A DNA stretch of 64,000 bases, taken from IMG/VR virus record IMGVR_UViG_3300030060_008569, positions 1,862 to 65,861 of that record; one strand, given 5' to 3'. A program made the position numbers and the translations under genes. Below are positions 10,340-20,352 of this stretch, in pieces. The DNA is from a virus (Duplodnaviria; Caudoviricetes). Positions within the stretch are counted from its first letter, which is position 1, and every line of letters starts with the position of its first letter. The notes below the pieces were generated by a model, which did not search any database, was not told the origin of the DNA, and saw nothing but the letters and a program-made list of their open reading frames with translations.

Positions 10340-10948
10340 CGTTCTATTCTTTCAAAATGTTTGTCTACGATTGCATTGATTGAATCTACTAGCTCTTGAG
10401 CTTCGGCTTGATTCATTTGCTGTTGATTATCTTCATCACAATATTCGCCAATAATCCAATCACTTACATTATCTTTAATAGCTTCTTTAACATCTAGTAT
10501 CTTGTATCCCATAATTTAATTGTCCTTTCCTTTGCTTCTATCTAACCTTTTGGATTTATAATGTTCCACGCCATCAAATGAGTCTGTAAAGGTATTAACT
10601 CTTGTACGCTTTTGCCTTTTATGCTTATCTTGTAATATCTTTGCTTTTTTAAAACGGCTTTTAGTTTTTTTAAAAGGTGTTCTCATTTTTATCCTCCGTA
10701 TATTAATACTCTCATTTCTTTTGCTACGTTCACTATGATGAACCAATCAACACTAATTAATAACATTTCTACTGCTGTTTTCACTTAATCCACCTCCCCG
10801 TAGATTTCGTTGTATCGTTCTTCAATGTCTGCGTCAGTCATCTGGTTGAACCCCAAGACTCCATCCATCAGCATCTCACGAATGTCTCTGTCTCCAATCT
10901 GCTCAAATACAGATTCCATTAATTGTTCTCGCTTCTCGTTTGTTGTCA

Positions 10949-11626
10949 TTATATTCCTTCCCCGTAGGGTACTGCTTGTATTCTACGGATTTCATTTTGT
11001 AGGTTATCAATGTGGTATTCTTTTACCGCTTCATTCTTCTGCTCTACGGAGTCAAACTCTTTGTAGAGATAGATTGTCTCCAGATGCAAGTCATCTTGAG
11101 TAAGGTCTTGAGCCTTGATAATATCTAGCGGGGTTGTACGCCCACTCCATTTATCGGCTAAATTGTTGTATGGATTTGTGAGTTGCTTCCACACGCTTTC
11201 CTCCATCATTGCCTTGGCAGTCCACCATATATCAGAACGCTGCTCCCATGCGTTAGCTTCCCAAAGCATATACTTATCAGCACGTTGCCAGTAGGATTTA
11301 GAGTTGGGGTGAAAAGGGTAGTCGCCGTAGCTGTCGTCAAAGTAAAGACCATACCCGTCAAAGTCATAACGTGGACTCCACCAATCGTTACAATTAAAAT
11401 CACACTGTTCAGTAAGGCCGAGGTTGGCTCCAGAAAATTGTCGCTTCTTTCGTGCTGGGCCGAGAGTTCTCTCGTTGTCCCAATCGTATGTGTACCCCTC
11501 GAAAGATACAGCCCATGTGCCGAGCCTCATGTAAAGTAATTCGGACTCATCTATGCGGAAGGCTGGGATACCTGTCTCGACTACCTTTAGTGGGTCGCGT
11601 TCTCTTGTCGTTTCTTGCGCTATCAT
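10949..11626 (-). CDS. hypothetical Trp/Tyr-rich protein
   Basis: 225-aa ORF; leaderless promoter at 11633-11661. Confidence 0.75.
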   Translation of the reverse strand: MIAQETTRERDPLKVVETGIPAFRIDESELLYMRLGTWAVSFEGYTYDWDNERTLGPARKKRQFSGANLGLTEQCDFNCNDWWSPRYDFDGYGLYFDDSYGDYPFHPNSKSYWQRADKYMLWEANAWEQRSDIWWTAKAMMEESVWKQLTNPYNNLADKWSGRTTPLDIIKAQDLTQDDLHLETIYLYKEFDSVEQKNEAVKEYHIDNLQNEIRRIQAVPYGEGI

Positions 11627-11671
11627 GTTTTTAATATAGCACGTTTTTTAAGAAATGTCAAGAGTTAATTT

Positions 11672-12226
11672 TTACTTATAGTAATCGTCCTCATCTTCAT
11701 CCTCATCTTCGTCGATAAAGATGTCTTTTCCTTCTGGGTCGAAAGAGATGTTAGGTTCGTATCCCTTATCAATTTTACCCATTAAGTTCTTAATATATTC
11801 GTGACTATCTATACCGCGCAAGTTTCCTTCTTCATCTAATAAAGCTGATTTTAATGCGGGGTGACTGTAATGAAATATAGTCATATTATACATTTCATAA
11901 TCAACAGGTTTATTTTGAGTGCCTTCTTCTTTATTTATGATGTGCCAAGTTTCTAGCCACTCTTTCTCCCACTCTTGTCCTTTAATATCAGTAAAATAAG
12001 ATTCGTATTCTATTTCTGCAACTTTAAAACGCATTTTTTCTGATACGACATAGTATAGTTCTAATGTGCTTTGATTGAGTTCGTATTTGCTTTGGTCTTC
12101 GCCATAGCTACGGCAAACTAATTCATCTGCCCAATTAGAATCGTACTGCAAAACCTTCCTATCGTCTTTCCAACAAGGGAGAGGAAAGGTTTCTTCGTGT
12201 TTGAAGCTACCAGTTATTGTTCGCAT
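11672..12226 (-). CDS. hypothetical protein with acidic tail
   Basis: 184-aa ORF. Confidence 0.7.
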   Translation of the reverse strand: MRTITGSFKHEETFPLPCWKDDRKVLQYDSNWADELVCRSYGEDQSKYELNQSTLELYYVVSEKMRFKVAEIEYESYFTDIKGQEWEKEWLETWHIINKEEGTQNKPVDYEMYNMTIFHYSHPALKSALLDEEGNLRGIDSHEYIKNLMGKIDKGYEPNISFDPEGKDIFIDEDEDEDEDDYYK

Positions 12227-12231
12227 TGACT

Positions 12232-12483
12232 TTAGTATTTGCCTGTGAACATCGTGTAGATAATTGCGTCTGCATCTTTAGACGCTTGGTGAGCGGCCCA
12301 GTCGGCAATTTCAGCATCTTTTCTATTTGCATAAACGTGCCTACCATTCTCATCCACTTCAAAGTTTTCAGTAATAACTTTCTGCTTCCAAGGGGCCATT
12401 TTACTTACAACTTCATTCCAGCACTTTTCATAGACTAATGCTATTTTCTTTTTTGTGTTTCTGGGTGTCTTGCTCATAGTCAT
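12232..12483 (-). CDS. hypothetical protein
   Basis: ORF; leaderless promoter TTGACT-17-TATATT at 12490-12518. Confidence 0.7.
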   Translation of the reverse strand: MTMSKTPRNTKKKIALVYEKCWNEVVSKMAPWKQKVITENFEVDENGRHVYANRKDAEIADWAAHQASKDADAIIYTMFTGKY

Positions 12484-12558
12484 GCTCCTAATATATCATA
12501 CTTTTTGTATGAAGTCAAGTCTAAAATAGATTACACTAATTTTAATGAGCTTTTTTAA

Positions 12559-12756
12559 TCACTTTTTCATTTTAACGAGCTTTAAATCACCGTGAGATTT
12601 CTTATAGAATTTTATATACTCAAGAGCATCCGATTTGTCATTTCCCGTGTATAGGTGCATGGTTCCATCTCCATCTGGCCCACCTAAATGGACTTGGTAT
12701 TCGTAATCGGGTGTTGAACATCCCGCCAATATTAATAGAGCTAAATATTTTTTCAT
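12559..12756 (-). CDS. small putative lipoprotein
   Basis: MKKYLALLILAGC lipobox. Confidence 0.6.
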   Translation of the reverse strand: MKKYLALLILAGCSTPDYEYQVHLGGPDGDGTMHLYTGNDKSDALEYIKFYKKSHGDLKLVKMKK

Positions 12757-13944
12757 TATTTATTCTTTCGGTTTAATCTTTTTGCTTCTCTCGCTACTTC
12801 TCTTTTTCTTAATCGGCGCATAAATCTGGACTCATTCATCATCGGCTGCAAAAAGCCCCTGCTTGCGCCTTGGTGTCCAAGCCGATGTTTGCCATCACCG
12901 TTATCGCTTCTTAAAAAAGTTTCTTCTTTTGTTCCTTGACGAACTCCTCGTATTCCCTTGCTTGGCATCTTAACATTCCTCCTTTATTGTATAGTCTTTT
13001 ATTGTCGTGCTTTTGTAGGCGTAATTGTCATCTACAAAAAGTAAATCAATAGTTTCTTGGTCGCTTTTATTTGTCGAGCATCCAACAAATAGTCCAATAA
13101 TAATTAATATAATATATTTCATTTAATGTATCCAATCTAATACTTGCTCATGTACCCATTCAGAGTCAAGATTATCTAATTCATCCTTCGTTAAATCTCT
13201 GTATTTGCCATCTTCGTATTCGTATTTGGCAGCGACAACGTAAGCGTCTGTGAAACGCCATGCGTCATTGTAATTGACACCTTCAATTTCAAGGTCTGTT
13301 ATTTTACTATAATCTAATTTCATTTCAACTCCAATCCCATTTTAGATAATGCTTCTGTCCAGATTTTTTTCTGGGCTTCCATAATATCATCTGCAATTTG
13401 TTCTCTTGCAAAGTCAGAGGTTAGGTTTGCTTGTTTCAACCCATAGGATTGTAACACTTTCATTATGGCTTCTTTTTCTTTGGTCATTTTAATTCTCCAA
13501 TTTTAACTCAATTCGTGTTGAAAGCATTCTACTTCACCACTTCCGTCTTTCATCTTTAGAATGTAAATTTTATGCTTACCATTTCTCCCGTGCTTATCAA
13601 CTATCGTGCCGTAACCAGAGCAAACACCTTCGTCTGGGTCATTCCAATATGCTTCATCTCCAATTTTATACTTCATTTAGTCCTCCAATCCCTTTTCAAG
13701 TTCAATAACCGCTTCTACAAGTTGGTCATGTCTCAATAGTAATTTAGTTATTTCTTTTCGCATTAATTCTACTGCAACCCTTTTTGCTTCTGTCTCGTCC
13801 ATCATTTAGTCCTCCATTACATCGTTGCAATAATCTTGCATTTGCCAAACTGCTGCTAGGATTTTCTCTTTCCTATCGTTTTGGGGTGCAAGAATATCCG
13901 AACTGTGTTCTGCCGCCTCTAATACTATTTCCATTGCTTCTTTG

Positions 13945-14310
13945 TTAGTCATTCGCTGCCTCCAGTGTTTTCTTTACTTTAGTATATGCTTTGTGAACAT
14001 CTTCAAAGGTTAGTTCTTCGCTTAATTCACCGCTCAAGCTGGCTCCAGCTTTATAATCCAAGCCGAACGACGCTCGCATCGTAGTCGCCGCGAGGATGTC
14101 ATTCCCGCTCCAATCTTTTACGGTTTTACCCTTTCCTCGGATATGTACCGTGACCCAAGGACTAGGGTGGGCAACTTGTTGTAATCTTACCGTAGCAAAT
14201 CCCGCTGGGAATTTGTCTGTGGTTGTGCGCTTAATAACATCATTAGAATCAATGATACCATCTGCGGCCATTTGTTTTACTCTACTATTTGATTCCCATT
14301 TAACTTTCAT
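13945..14310 (-). CDS. hypothetical protein
   Basis: 121-aa ORF. Confidence 0.65.
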   Translation of the reverse strand: MKVKWESNSRVKQMAADGIIDSNDVIKRTTTDKFPAGFATVRLQQVAHPSPWVTVHIRGKGKTVKDWSGNDILAATTMRASFGLDYKAGASLSGELSEELTFEDVHKAYTKVKKTLEAAND

Positions 14311-14313
14311 AAT

Positions 14314-14490
14314 TTATCCTATTGCTAAACTTAATTCGCATTTGTCTTTGAGAAGGTCGGAGCCGTGAAGCTCGCAATCTTCTATTCTCGTTGGAAAGAG
14401 TTTCTTGAGTTCTTCAGAGGTCGCAAAGCATTCGTGACCATAAGAATCTTCAAACCAAACTCCATTGTCTGTTTCTTCGATTAACTTCAT
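14314..14490 (-). CDS. hypothetical 58-aa protein (MKLIEETDNG...)
   Basis: Manual translation; leaderless promoter TTGACA-17-TATAGT at 14497-14525. Confidence 0.6.
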   Translation of the reverse strand: MKLIEETDNGVWFEDSYGHECFATSEELKKLFPTRIEDCELHGSDLLKDKCELSLAIG

Positions 14491-14511
14491 GTTCTTACTA
14501 TACCACCTTTT

Positions 14512-15411
14512 TTAAGAAATGTCAAGTGCTAAAATTGCATCGTCTTTGGACTTGAGTTCGATGTCGTAGTCAACGGGGAAGGACATACCGTAGTCATCTG
14601 GCTTGGACACTGGCATATCTGCATGGCTACGGGGATTGGACTTGTCTGGATGCGACTCTGAATAATGGAACAGAGGCTTGAAATAACCCGTGCGATGCCA
14701 AGTCCGATAACACAACTTGAATGCTGATTCAGCAGTAAGGCCGTCAGGTAAACATTTGTGATGCAAATTGTCGTAAGTAATTGGAATATTGAAATGCTTT
14801 GCAAGTAACTTGGGAGTCCAAATACCCTTGTCCTCGTTCTCTACAACAAGGCGAGACTGAACTGATTCGTCACACTTGGCAAGGTTAGACATGAAACGTG
14901 CAGCAATGTCAGCAGGGTCGCCCTTGGTGTTGTTGACATGGATATTGATGGGCGCACGATAGTCGCGGGCCGCACCAAGCATATCCATGAGCCAACCGTG
15001 ATGATTGAGTTCTTTGATGGTTTTGGCGACATTGTGTTTGCCCTCGCTTGCAAGAACATTGAACTGGTCAGGATGACAAGAAACGCGAACGCCCTTGCTC
15101 TTGATGATGTAAGCGCAATCTGCAAGCGTAGCCATGATGTCAGCATAGTCGGGGTAATCCTCTAGCTTGAGTTCTGCTACATCGTATGTAAGCAATGGAA
15201 ACAAATTGGAGCTAACACGATAACCCCAGCCACTAAAATAACATTGCTCGATAATCTTACGGGTAACACGCAGGTTATTGAGGGTGCGCTCTGAAACGGT
15301 GGCAATAGCCTCTTCGCGAGGTAGCTTGGAAAACCGCGCCCAAGTCATTGTCTGAAACTTACTACCCTCGGCGGCAAGGGTATTTGAAATACAGCAGAGA
15401 TTGTACGACAT
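14512..15411 (-). CDS. uvsE: UV damage endonuclease (UvsE/UvdE family)
   Basis: YRVSSNLFP, RVSCHPDQFNVL, INIHV, RLVVENED, YDNLHH, HYSES, HAD, DIELKSKD; leaderless promoter at 15418-15446. Confidence 0.92.
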   Translation of the reverse strand: MSYNLCCISNTLAAEGSKFQTMTWARFSKLPREEAIATVSERTLNNLRVTRKIIEQCYFSGWGYRVSSNLFPLLTYDVAELKLEDYPDYADIMATLADCAYIIKSKGVRVSCHPDQFNVLASEGKHNVAKTIKELNHHGWLMDMLGAARDYRAPINIHVNNTKGDPADIAARFMSNLAKCDESVQSRLVVENEDKGIWTPKLLAKHFNIPITYDNLHHKCLPDGLTAESAFKLCYRTWHRTGYFKPLFHYSESHPDKSNPRSHADMPVSKPDDYGMSFPVDYDIELKSKDDAILALDIS

Positions 15412-15499
15412 GAAATAACACTAGCACGTTTTTTAAGAAATGTCAAGTGCTAATTTAATTCTTGACTTATTTTAAAAAATGTAGTAGTATTAATTCTTT

Positions 15500-15576
15500 G
15501 GGCGAGTAGCTCAGTTGGATAGAGCAACGGTCTTCTAAACCGTGGGTCGCGGGTTCAAGTCCCGCCTTGCCTACCA
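15500..15576 (+). tRNA. tRNA-Arg(UCU) with encoded CCA
   Basis: Acceptor stem GGGCGAG/CTTGCCT, D-arm AGCTCAGTTGGATAGAGC, anticodon loop CTTCTAA, T-loop GTTCAAGTCC, 3' ACCA; upstream TTGACT-17-TAGTAT promoter. Confidence 0.95.
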
Positions 15577-15585
15577 TGACATTTA

Positions 15586-15963
15586 TTAAGCCTCTAATAT
15601 TTCTTTTATGAAATCTTCCATATTTACTTCTTCATTCTGGCCATGCTCGTCCTCAGAGAAAAATTCAGAAGGTTGAAAGTCTAACTGTAATTCAGTCTCT
15701 TCTGTCAAAATATAAAAAACTAGCCCCTCATCTTGAATTTCGCTTTCTTTAACTACTTTATTTAAGTTGTCAAAAAAACACTCATGGCAGAGGACAGAGT
15801 AAGAGTATTCTACTTCGGTTGAATAAGTATTAAAGTAAATAAGTTTATGATTGTCAATTAATTTTTTGTAAGAGCCGTGGGAGTAGGAGAGGTCACAACA
15901 ATCACATTTAATTTTTGAACGTGGTTTTTTAACATCTGGATAGCTAACTTCACCGACAATCAT
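15586..15963 (-). CDS. hypothetical Zn-finger-like protein
   Basis: CDCC and CHEC Cys pairs; GTGTAA motif upstream. Confidence 0.6.
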   Translation of the reverse strand: MIVGEVSYPDVKKPRSKIKCDCCDLSYSHGSYKKLIDNHKLIYFNTYSTEVEYSYSVLCHECFFDNLNKVVKESEIQDEGLVFYILTEETELQLDFQPSEFFSEDEHGQNEEVNMEDFIKEILEA

Positions 15964-16161
15964 CAAAAATACTTACACTCTTATTTGGCCTTTTGGCATT
16001 AGTAAATCTTACTATCAAAACTCCAACGTGTATCGTCTTTATTTGCCTCTTTTTTATCCACTATTTCGTATTTAAGTATAGAATCTTTGCACATTGATTT
16101 AAATGTATTATCATCCATATAATAGACATTCTCATCGCCTCGGCTACCTGTGACTATAACT

Positions 16162-16389
16162 TTATATAGCATCCTGTTTTAATGCTTTATAATTCCTACG
16201 CAAAGAACCAAGCACATCTTCTGCTGCTGCTAGGTTTTCCATTTGTTTTGACATTTCCTCTACCACTTGAGGATGTTCGCCAATACCAACAGAGTCGCTT
16301 AAATAAACTTCTAATGTAGCTAATGCTTCAGCACGTTGGCCTTCGTATTTTTTTTCGAGGGCATCTAATAATAATAATCTTTTACTCAT
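16162..16389 (-). CDS. small conserved phage protein (GIGEHP motif)
   Basis: VYL...VGIGEHP motif recalled from marine T4-like phage hypothetical proteins. Confidence 0.65.
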   Translation of the reverse strand: MSKRLLLLDALEKKYEGQRAEALATLEVYLSDSVGIGEHPQVVEEMSKQMENLAAAEDVLGSLRRNYKALKQDAI

Positions 16390-16403
16390 TTCTTAAAAAA
16401 CTT

Positions 16404-16778
16404 TCAATTATTTTTTGGTTTCGGGGGGGGTTGTTTTTTTGTATGTTTTAAATCAAAAAGTTCATCGTTAACTTTAATAATCTCATTTTTATAGTAGTTG
16501 CTAATTACTTGTATTTGCTGTTCTAGTTGATAGTTAGATGTCTGGCTCCCTTCGTACATCGCTTTCCAATGGTCAACAGCCTGTTCTAATAGCGTAATCT
16601 TTTGTGCTAGTAACGCATTTAATTCGACGTATCTTACGGTTCTTTTATTGTGCATTTCAAGAACGCTGTCGATTTCTTTGTCATGCTGATAAAGAAAATA
16701 GAATTGGTAACAGTACGCACACATCATAGTGATAGCTGCGAACAAGAAGAATCTCTCTTGCATTGTATATTTAGTCAT
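16404..16778 (-). CDS. membrane-anchored coiled-coil protein
   Basis: N-terminal hydrophobic helix followed by heptad-like region. Confidence 0.6.
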   Translation of the reverse strand: MTKYTMQERFFLFAAITMMCAYCYQFYFLYQHDKEIDSVLEMHNKRTVRYVELNALLAQKITLLEQAVDHWKAMYEGSQTSNYQLEQQIQVISNYYKNEIIKVNDELFDLKHTKKQPPPKPKNN

Positions 16779-17054
16779 TTTTATTTTTGAGTTCTTTTTT
16801 AAGTTTAATTATTTCTCTTCGCAAATTCTTTTCACACATCAATGCCCTGTAATATCGCTTTGCAATATCTTCACTGTAAGGCAAGAAATCTTCTTCAAAG
16901 CTCACCATACCGTCGCTCTCAAGAGATTTAATAAACATCATACTTTGGTTGTAGTTACCTGTAAAGGCTACCTCGCCATCCACCTCGACACAATAATGTG
17001 AGGGTGGGCCGTCATGCTTCCAATACTTCTTCGTGACGCATTTATTTGGCATTT

Positions 17055-18167
17055 TTACATTCCTAATCCGTTGAGAAACCTATCGTCAATTCCCATTCCC
17101 CACAACTTGCGTTTGTCTACTTTTGATACAGATAACACTAAAAAGGTATCGTCACTTCGGTGCGCCCATTGCATCTTTTCTAAATCTAAATCATCCATAT
17201 TTGCTAAACCAGTATTACTTATCTCACTTTTTATTCTATTTATTATTGAGCTTCTAAATTGTTTAGCAGTTTGTGCTTTACCCACTGGTACTATCACGCG
17301 GGGTACTTTAAGTTGCTCTACATCTTCGTCTGTAAGAAAAGACTTAAATAAAACTACATATTTGTAAAAATTACCTCCATTTTTTAGAACAAATTCTCCT
17401 GAAATTAATTTTCCATCTATTTTATTGTTCTCTGTATTCCACCTCAGTAAGAGCGTCCTAGATAGATTTACATGGTCTTTTTCCCATTCCCACCAAAAAT
17501 AATGTTCATTATGAACGGAGTCTTCTGACAAATCCTCGCAAACAAGACTGTTGTATTCACATATAAGCTGCTGCGCCTCATACTCTAATTCGTCGTGTCG
17601 TTCGGGGTCTTCATGTAGAATTTGCGTGGAACACCATTCATCCTCCCCTTTTAAATCTATATTAGAGTATCGTGATTCAACATAGCCCTCAATGATGTCA
17701 TACCATTCAGGAGAGCCTTCTCCCCCACCTACAAAGCAAGTTGCATTAATGCCCATGTTTTCTAGCTCTTCGATTCTTTTGTGCTGGGCGTTTATATAAT
17801 CTGAAGATTTAGGGTTAAAATAAGCTGGTATTGCTTTACCGTCATTGCGTTTAAACTCGTATGTAGCTGTTTGGCATTTTTCACATACCGGATTCACAAC
17901 GTCTTCGCATACTGCATTACAGTAAACGCAATGAAGTTTATGCTCAAGTACCATTTTAAACTTCATTTTTACTTCCCTCGGCTTTAACCCGCCATGCGTG
18001 GGCTGACCGTTAGTCATATTGTGTGAATAAAAGGGGGCGCGAATCTGCTTATTTTCAGCAGTTTTAAGCGCATGGCTAGTAAAAATCAATGTTAGCTGCT
18101 TATTTTCAGCGCGAAAATTGGGCTTGCCGTCATTGATATTAAATCTGAGTTTATTTTCTTTCGACAT
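17055..18167 (-). CDS. hypothetical protein with Zn ribbon
   Basis: 370 aa; CVYC...CEKC. Confidence 0.7.
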   Translation of the reverse strand: MSKENKLRFNINDGKPNFRAENKQLTLIFTSHALKTAENKQIRAPFYSHNMTNGQPTHGGLKPREVKMKFKMVLEHKLHCVYCNAVCEDVVNPVCEKCQTATYEFKRNDGKAIPAYFNPKSSDYINAQHKRIEELENMGINATCFVGGGEGSPEWYDIIEGYVESRYSNIDLKGEDEWCSTQILHEDPERHDELEYEAQQLICEYNSLVCEDLSEDSVHNEHYFWWEWEKDHVNLSRTLLLRWNTENNKIDGKLISGEFVLKNGGNFYKYVVLFKSFLTDEDVEQLKVPRVIVPVGKAQTAKQFRSSIINRIKSEISNTGLANMDDLDLEKMQWAHRSDDTFLVLSVSKVDKRKLWGMGIDDRFLNGLGM

Positions 18168-18666
18168 TGGATTTTTCTTTCAGGTATTTTTTTCTACTAA
18201 TACCCAAACCTTTAAGAACTTTAGCTCTAATCTGGTCGGACGTTTTATTTGGCACAAATCGTTTCGCAATTTCTTTTGGACTTAACTTGCCACCATACTC
18301 TACCAACAGGTCTAATTCTTCATCAGTCCACATAGACTTGGTAATTCGCATTCTTCTGAGCTTGTCTTTTATCTGTGGTACAGACCTATTTGGTAAAAAG
18401 TCACTTGCAATTTGCTTTGCAGTATGATTTTTATATTTAGAAGTTAAAATTTTTGTTTCTTCTGGAGTCCAAAACCTCGGATGGGTTAAGGCTTTTTTAA
18501 TTTTGAGACTGAGGCGGCGATGTTGAACTGCGTATTCTGTCCTGCCTAATGCTTTAGCTATTTGTTTGTCTGTATTGGTTTTGTAATATTTCTTAATGAC
18601 ATCATCTTCCGATTTTTTCCAATCGTCATTTCTGCCAAACTTATTTCTCCATGATTTAGTAGCCAT
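18151..18666 (-). CDS. Myb/SANT-like tandem-repeat DNA-binding protein
   Basis: Three repeats WKKSEDDVI, WTPEETKIL, WTDEELDLL, each followed by IA...R/K(T/S); promoter at 18675-18703. Confidence 0.75.
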   Translation of the reverse strand: MATKSWRNKFGRNDDWKKSEDDVIKKYYKTNTDKQIAKALGRTEYAVQHRRLSLKIKKALTHPRFWTPEETKILTSKYKNHTAKQIASDFLPNRSVPQIKDKLRRMRITKSMWTDEELDLLVEYGGKLSPKEIAKRFVPNKTSDQIRAKVLKGLGISRKKYLKEKSNVERK

Positions 18667-18704
18667 CTACGAATATATTAGCACATTTTTTATTTAAAGT
18701 CAAG

Positions 18705-19154
18705 CTATTTCCCCACTTGCATTTTTTGGTAGCGGCGAATGATTCTCCGCACGGAATTTCTGCACCATTTCTTGCCCGTCTTGCTGGGAATATTTTTACT
18801 GTTTAGCATTTGCTTTATTGCTTCGTAAGTCCAACCTTGTTCCCGATAGTGAAGTAAACGGGATATTACCTCCTGTTCTTTCTTAACTTTGACTAGCTTT
18901 CCTGTGGCTTTGATAAGGCGAAAACCATAAGGTACTGTACCTCCGGTCTTAAAGCCATTAGCCTTTTTGAGAGCAAGGGCTTCACGAGTTAACTTACTAA
19001 TAGTTGTCTCTTTTCTATCGTGAACTTTTGAATGGCAAGATGAACATAAAGGGATTGTTCTGGTTCCGCCTAGAACCTGTGGTACAACATGGTGATGTTC
19101 TATATTTTTAGTGGAATCACATTCAAAGCATTTTATTTGCTTTTTATTTTTCAT
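18705..19154 (-). CDS. HNH endonuclease fused to a serine-recombinase-type DNA-binding segment
   Basis: CFEC..HHHVVP..LGG...LCSSCHSKVH, then GG.VPYGF...IK..LN......GKKW....VRRI. Confidence 0.75.
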   Translation of the reverse strand: MKNKKQIKCFECDSTKNIEHHHVVPQVLGGTRTIPLCSSCHSKVHDRKETTISKLTREALALKKANGFKTGGTVPYGFRLIKATGKLVKVKKEQEVISRLLHYREQGWTYEAIKQMLNSKNIPSKTGKKWCRNSVRRIIRRYQKMQVGK

Positions 19155-19566
19155 TCGTCAACCAACTGCTACTTTGTATCTTGTCTCCAAGACCGTAGAC
19201 AGACTTAATTCCTATTTTTTTACAAATCTTGTGTTCAGGCGTGTCGTCGCCGTTCGTTCTGTCTCCTCCATTACAGAAGAATAACTCATAATCATCTGAT
19301 GAAGCCTTTTTAAGTTTTTGTAAAGTCTTACAAACCGTTTGGTCTTTATCAATACAGGTAACAACTACATCAACTACGCGCAAACTTTTAACTATCTTTT
19401 TTCTTTCATCGAAAGGCATAAAGGGCTTACCCTTTTTATTTGTTAAAAATTCATCAGTATTTAAAATTACCCAAAGCTCATCTGAAATTTCTCTGGCTCT
19501 TTCAAAAAGTTCTATGTGACCAACGTGTATGGGGTCAAAGCCGCCGCTTACAATGCTTATTTTCAT
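19144..19566 (-). CDS. cytidylyltransferase (HIGH superfamily, TagD/RfaE-like)
   Basis: VSGGFDPIHVGH, KKGKPFM...ER, NGGDR, KIQSSS. Confidence 0.88.
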   Translation of the reverse strand: MKISIVSGGFDPIHVGHIELFERAREISDELWVILNTDEFLTNKKGKPFMPFDERKKIVKSLRVVDVVVTCIDKDQTVCKTLQKLKKASSDDYELFFCNGGDRTNGDDTPEHKICKKIGIKSVYGLGDKIQSSSWLTNEK

Positions 19567-19823
19567 GTAGACCAACTAATATATCCGTATATATTTAATA
19601 AAGCAATCCCAAATGATAACATCGCGGGTGGATAAGTTTTCTTCAAACAGCAATAAGTTCCCATTAAAATATTACCAAAAAACCAAACCGGAAAACAACT
19701 AATCATTTGGTTTGCATTGAGATAATAGCCGATGACAATGAAAACCATACTGCCCCAGCCAATAAACTCAGAGTAATCTTTGGCTTTCTGGGCTATCTGG
19801 GAAACATTTTTTTTCAACTTCAT
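19563..19823 (-). CDS. small three-TM membrane protein (PnuC/SemiSWEET-like half-module)
   Basis: Three hydrophobic segments ending LNIYGYISW. Confidence 0.5.
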   Translation of the reverse strand: MKLKKNVSQIAQKAKDYSEFIGWGSMVFIVIGYYLNANQMISCFPVWFFGNILMGTYCCLKKTYPPAMLSFGIALLNIYGYISWST

Positions 19824-20352
19824 AGCAATATTTTAAGAGCTTTTTATCTATGTCTAAAAGTTTTCTAACGTAATCTATTTTAAAATTTTTGAGTTTAAAG
19901 CAATCTGCTTTTGACAGGTCTGCCGAGCATTGACTACCAGCCATTACTCCCATATTAAAAACAAATCTTTCTTGTTCCCCAAAGCTATAACCTTCGGGAA
20001 ATAAATATTTAGCACAAAACATATAAAGATTACGCCGCCAACGCCACATCTTTTTTGTGCTTCCCATCGTGAAGCCTATGACAAACGCCTCATCTTTTAC
20101 TCTGAGTCCTCTACCAAGAAGCAAATGAATGCTGTCATGGTTATAAAGAGAAACATTACCAGCAAATAAACCAATATCATATTTAGGGTTCTCTACAAGT
20201 TTTATAATAAGCGGAACATCCTCCGCTTCTAACTTGAATCCCCCCATCGAATCCAAACCGTCTTTTAGTGTTAAGCCTGTTGTGCTTAACGGTATGTGCC
20301 ATTCGTTTATTTGGCGTTCAGTGTTAAGTTTATGGTCATAAGGCGTTGCCAT
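19768..20352 (-). CDS. Coq4-like protein
   Basis: HDSIH.LLG......EAFV resembles the Coq4 HDxxH-x11-E metal site. Confidence 0.45.
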   Translation of the reverse strand: MATPYDHKLNTERQINEWHIPLSTTGLTLKDGLDSMGGFKLEAEDVPLIIKLVENPKYDIGLFAGNVSLYNHDSIHLLLGRGLRVKDEAFVIGFTMGSTKKMWRWRRNLYMFCAKYLFPEGYSFGEQERFVFNMGVMAGSQCSADLSKADCFKLKNFKIDYVRKLLDIDKKLLKYCYEVEKKCFPDSPESQRLL

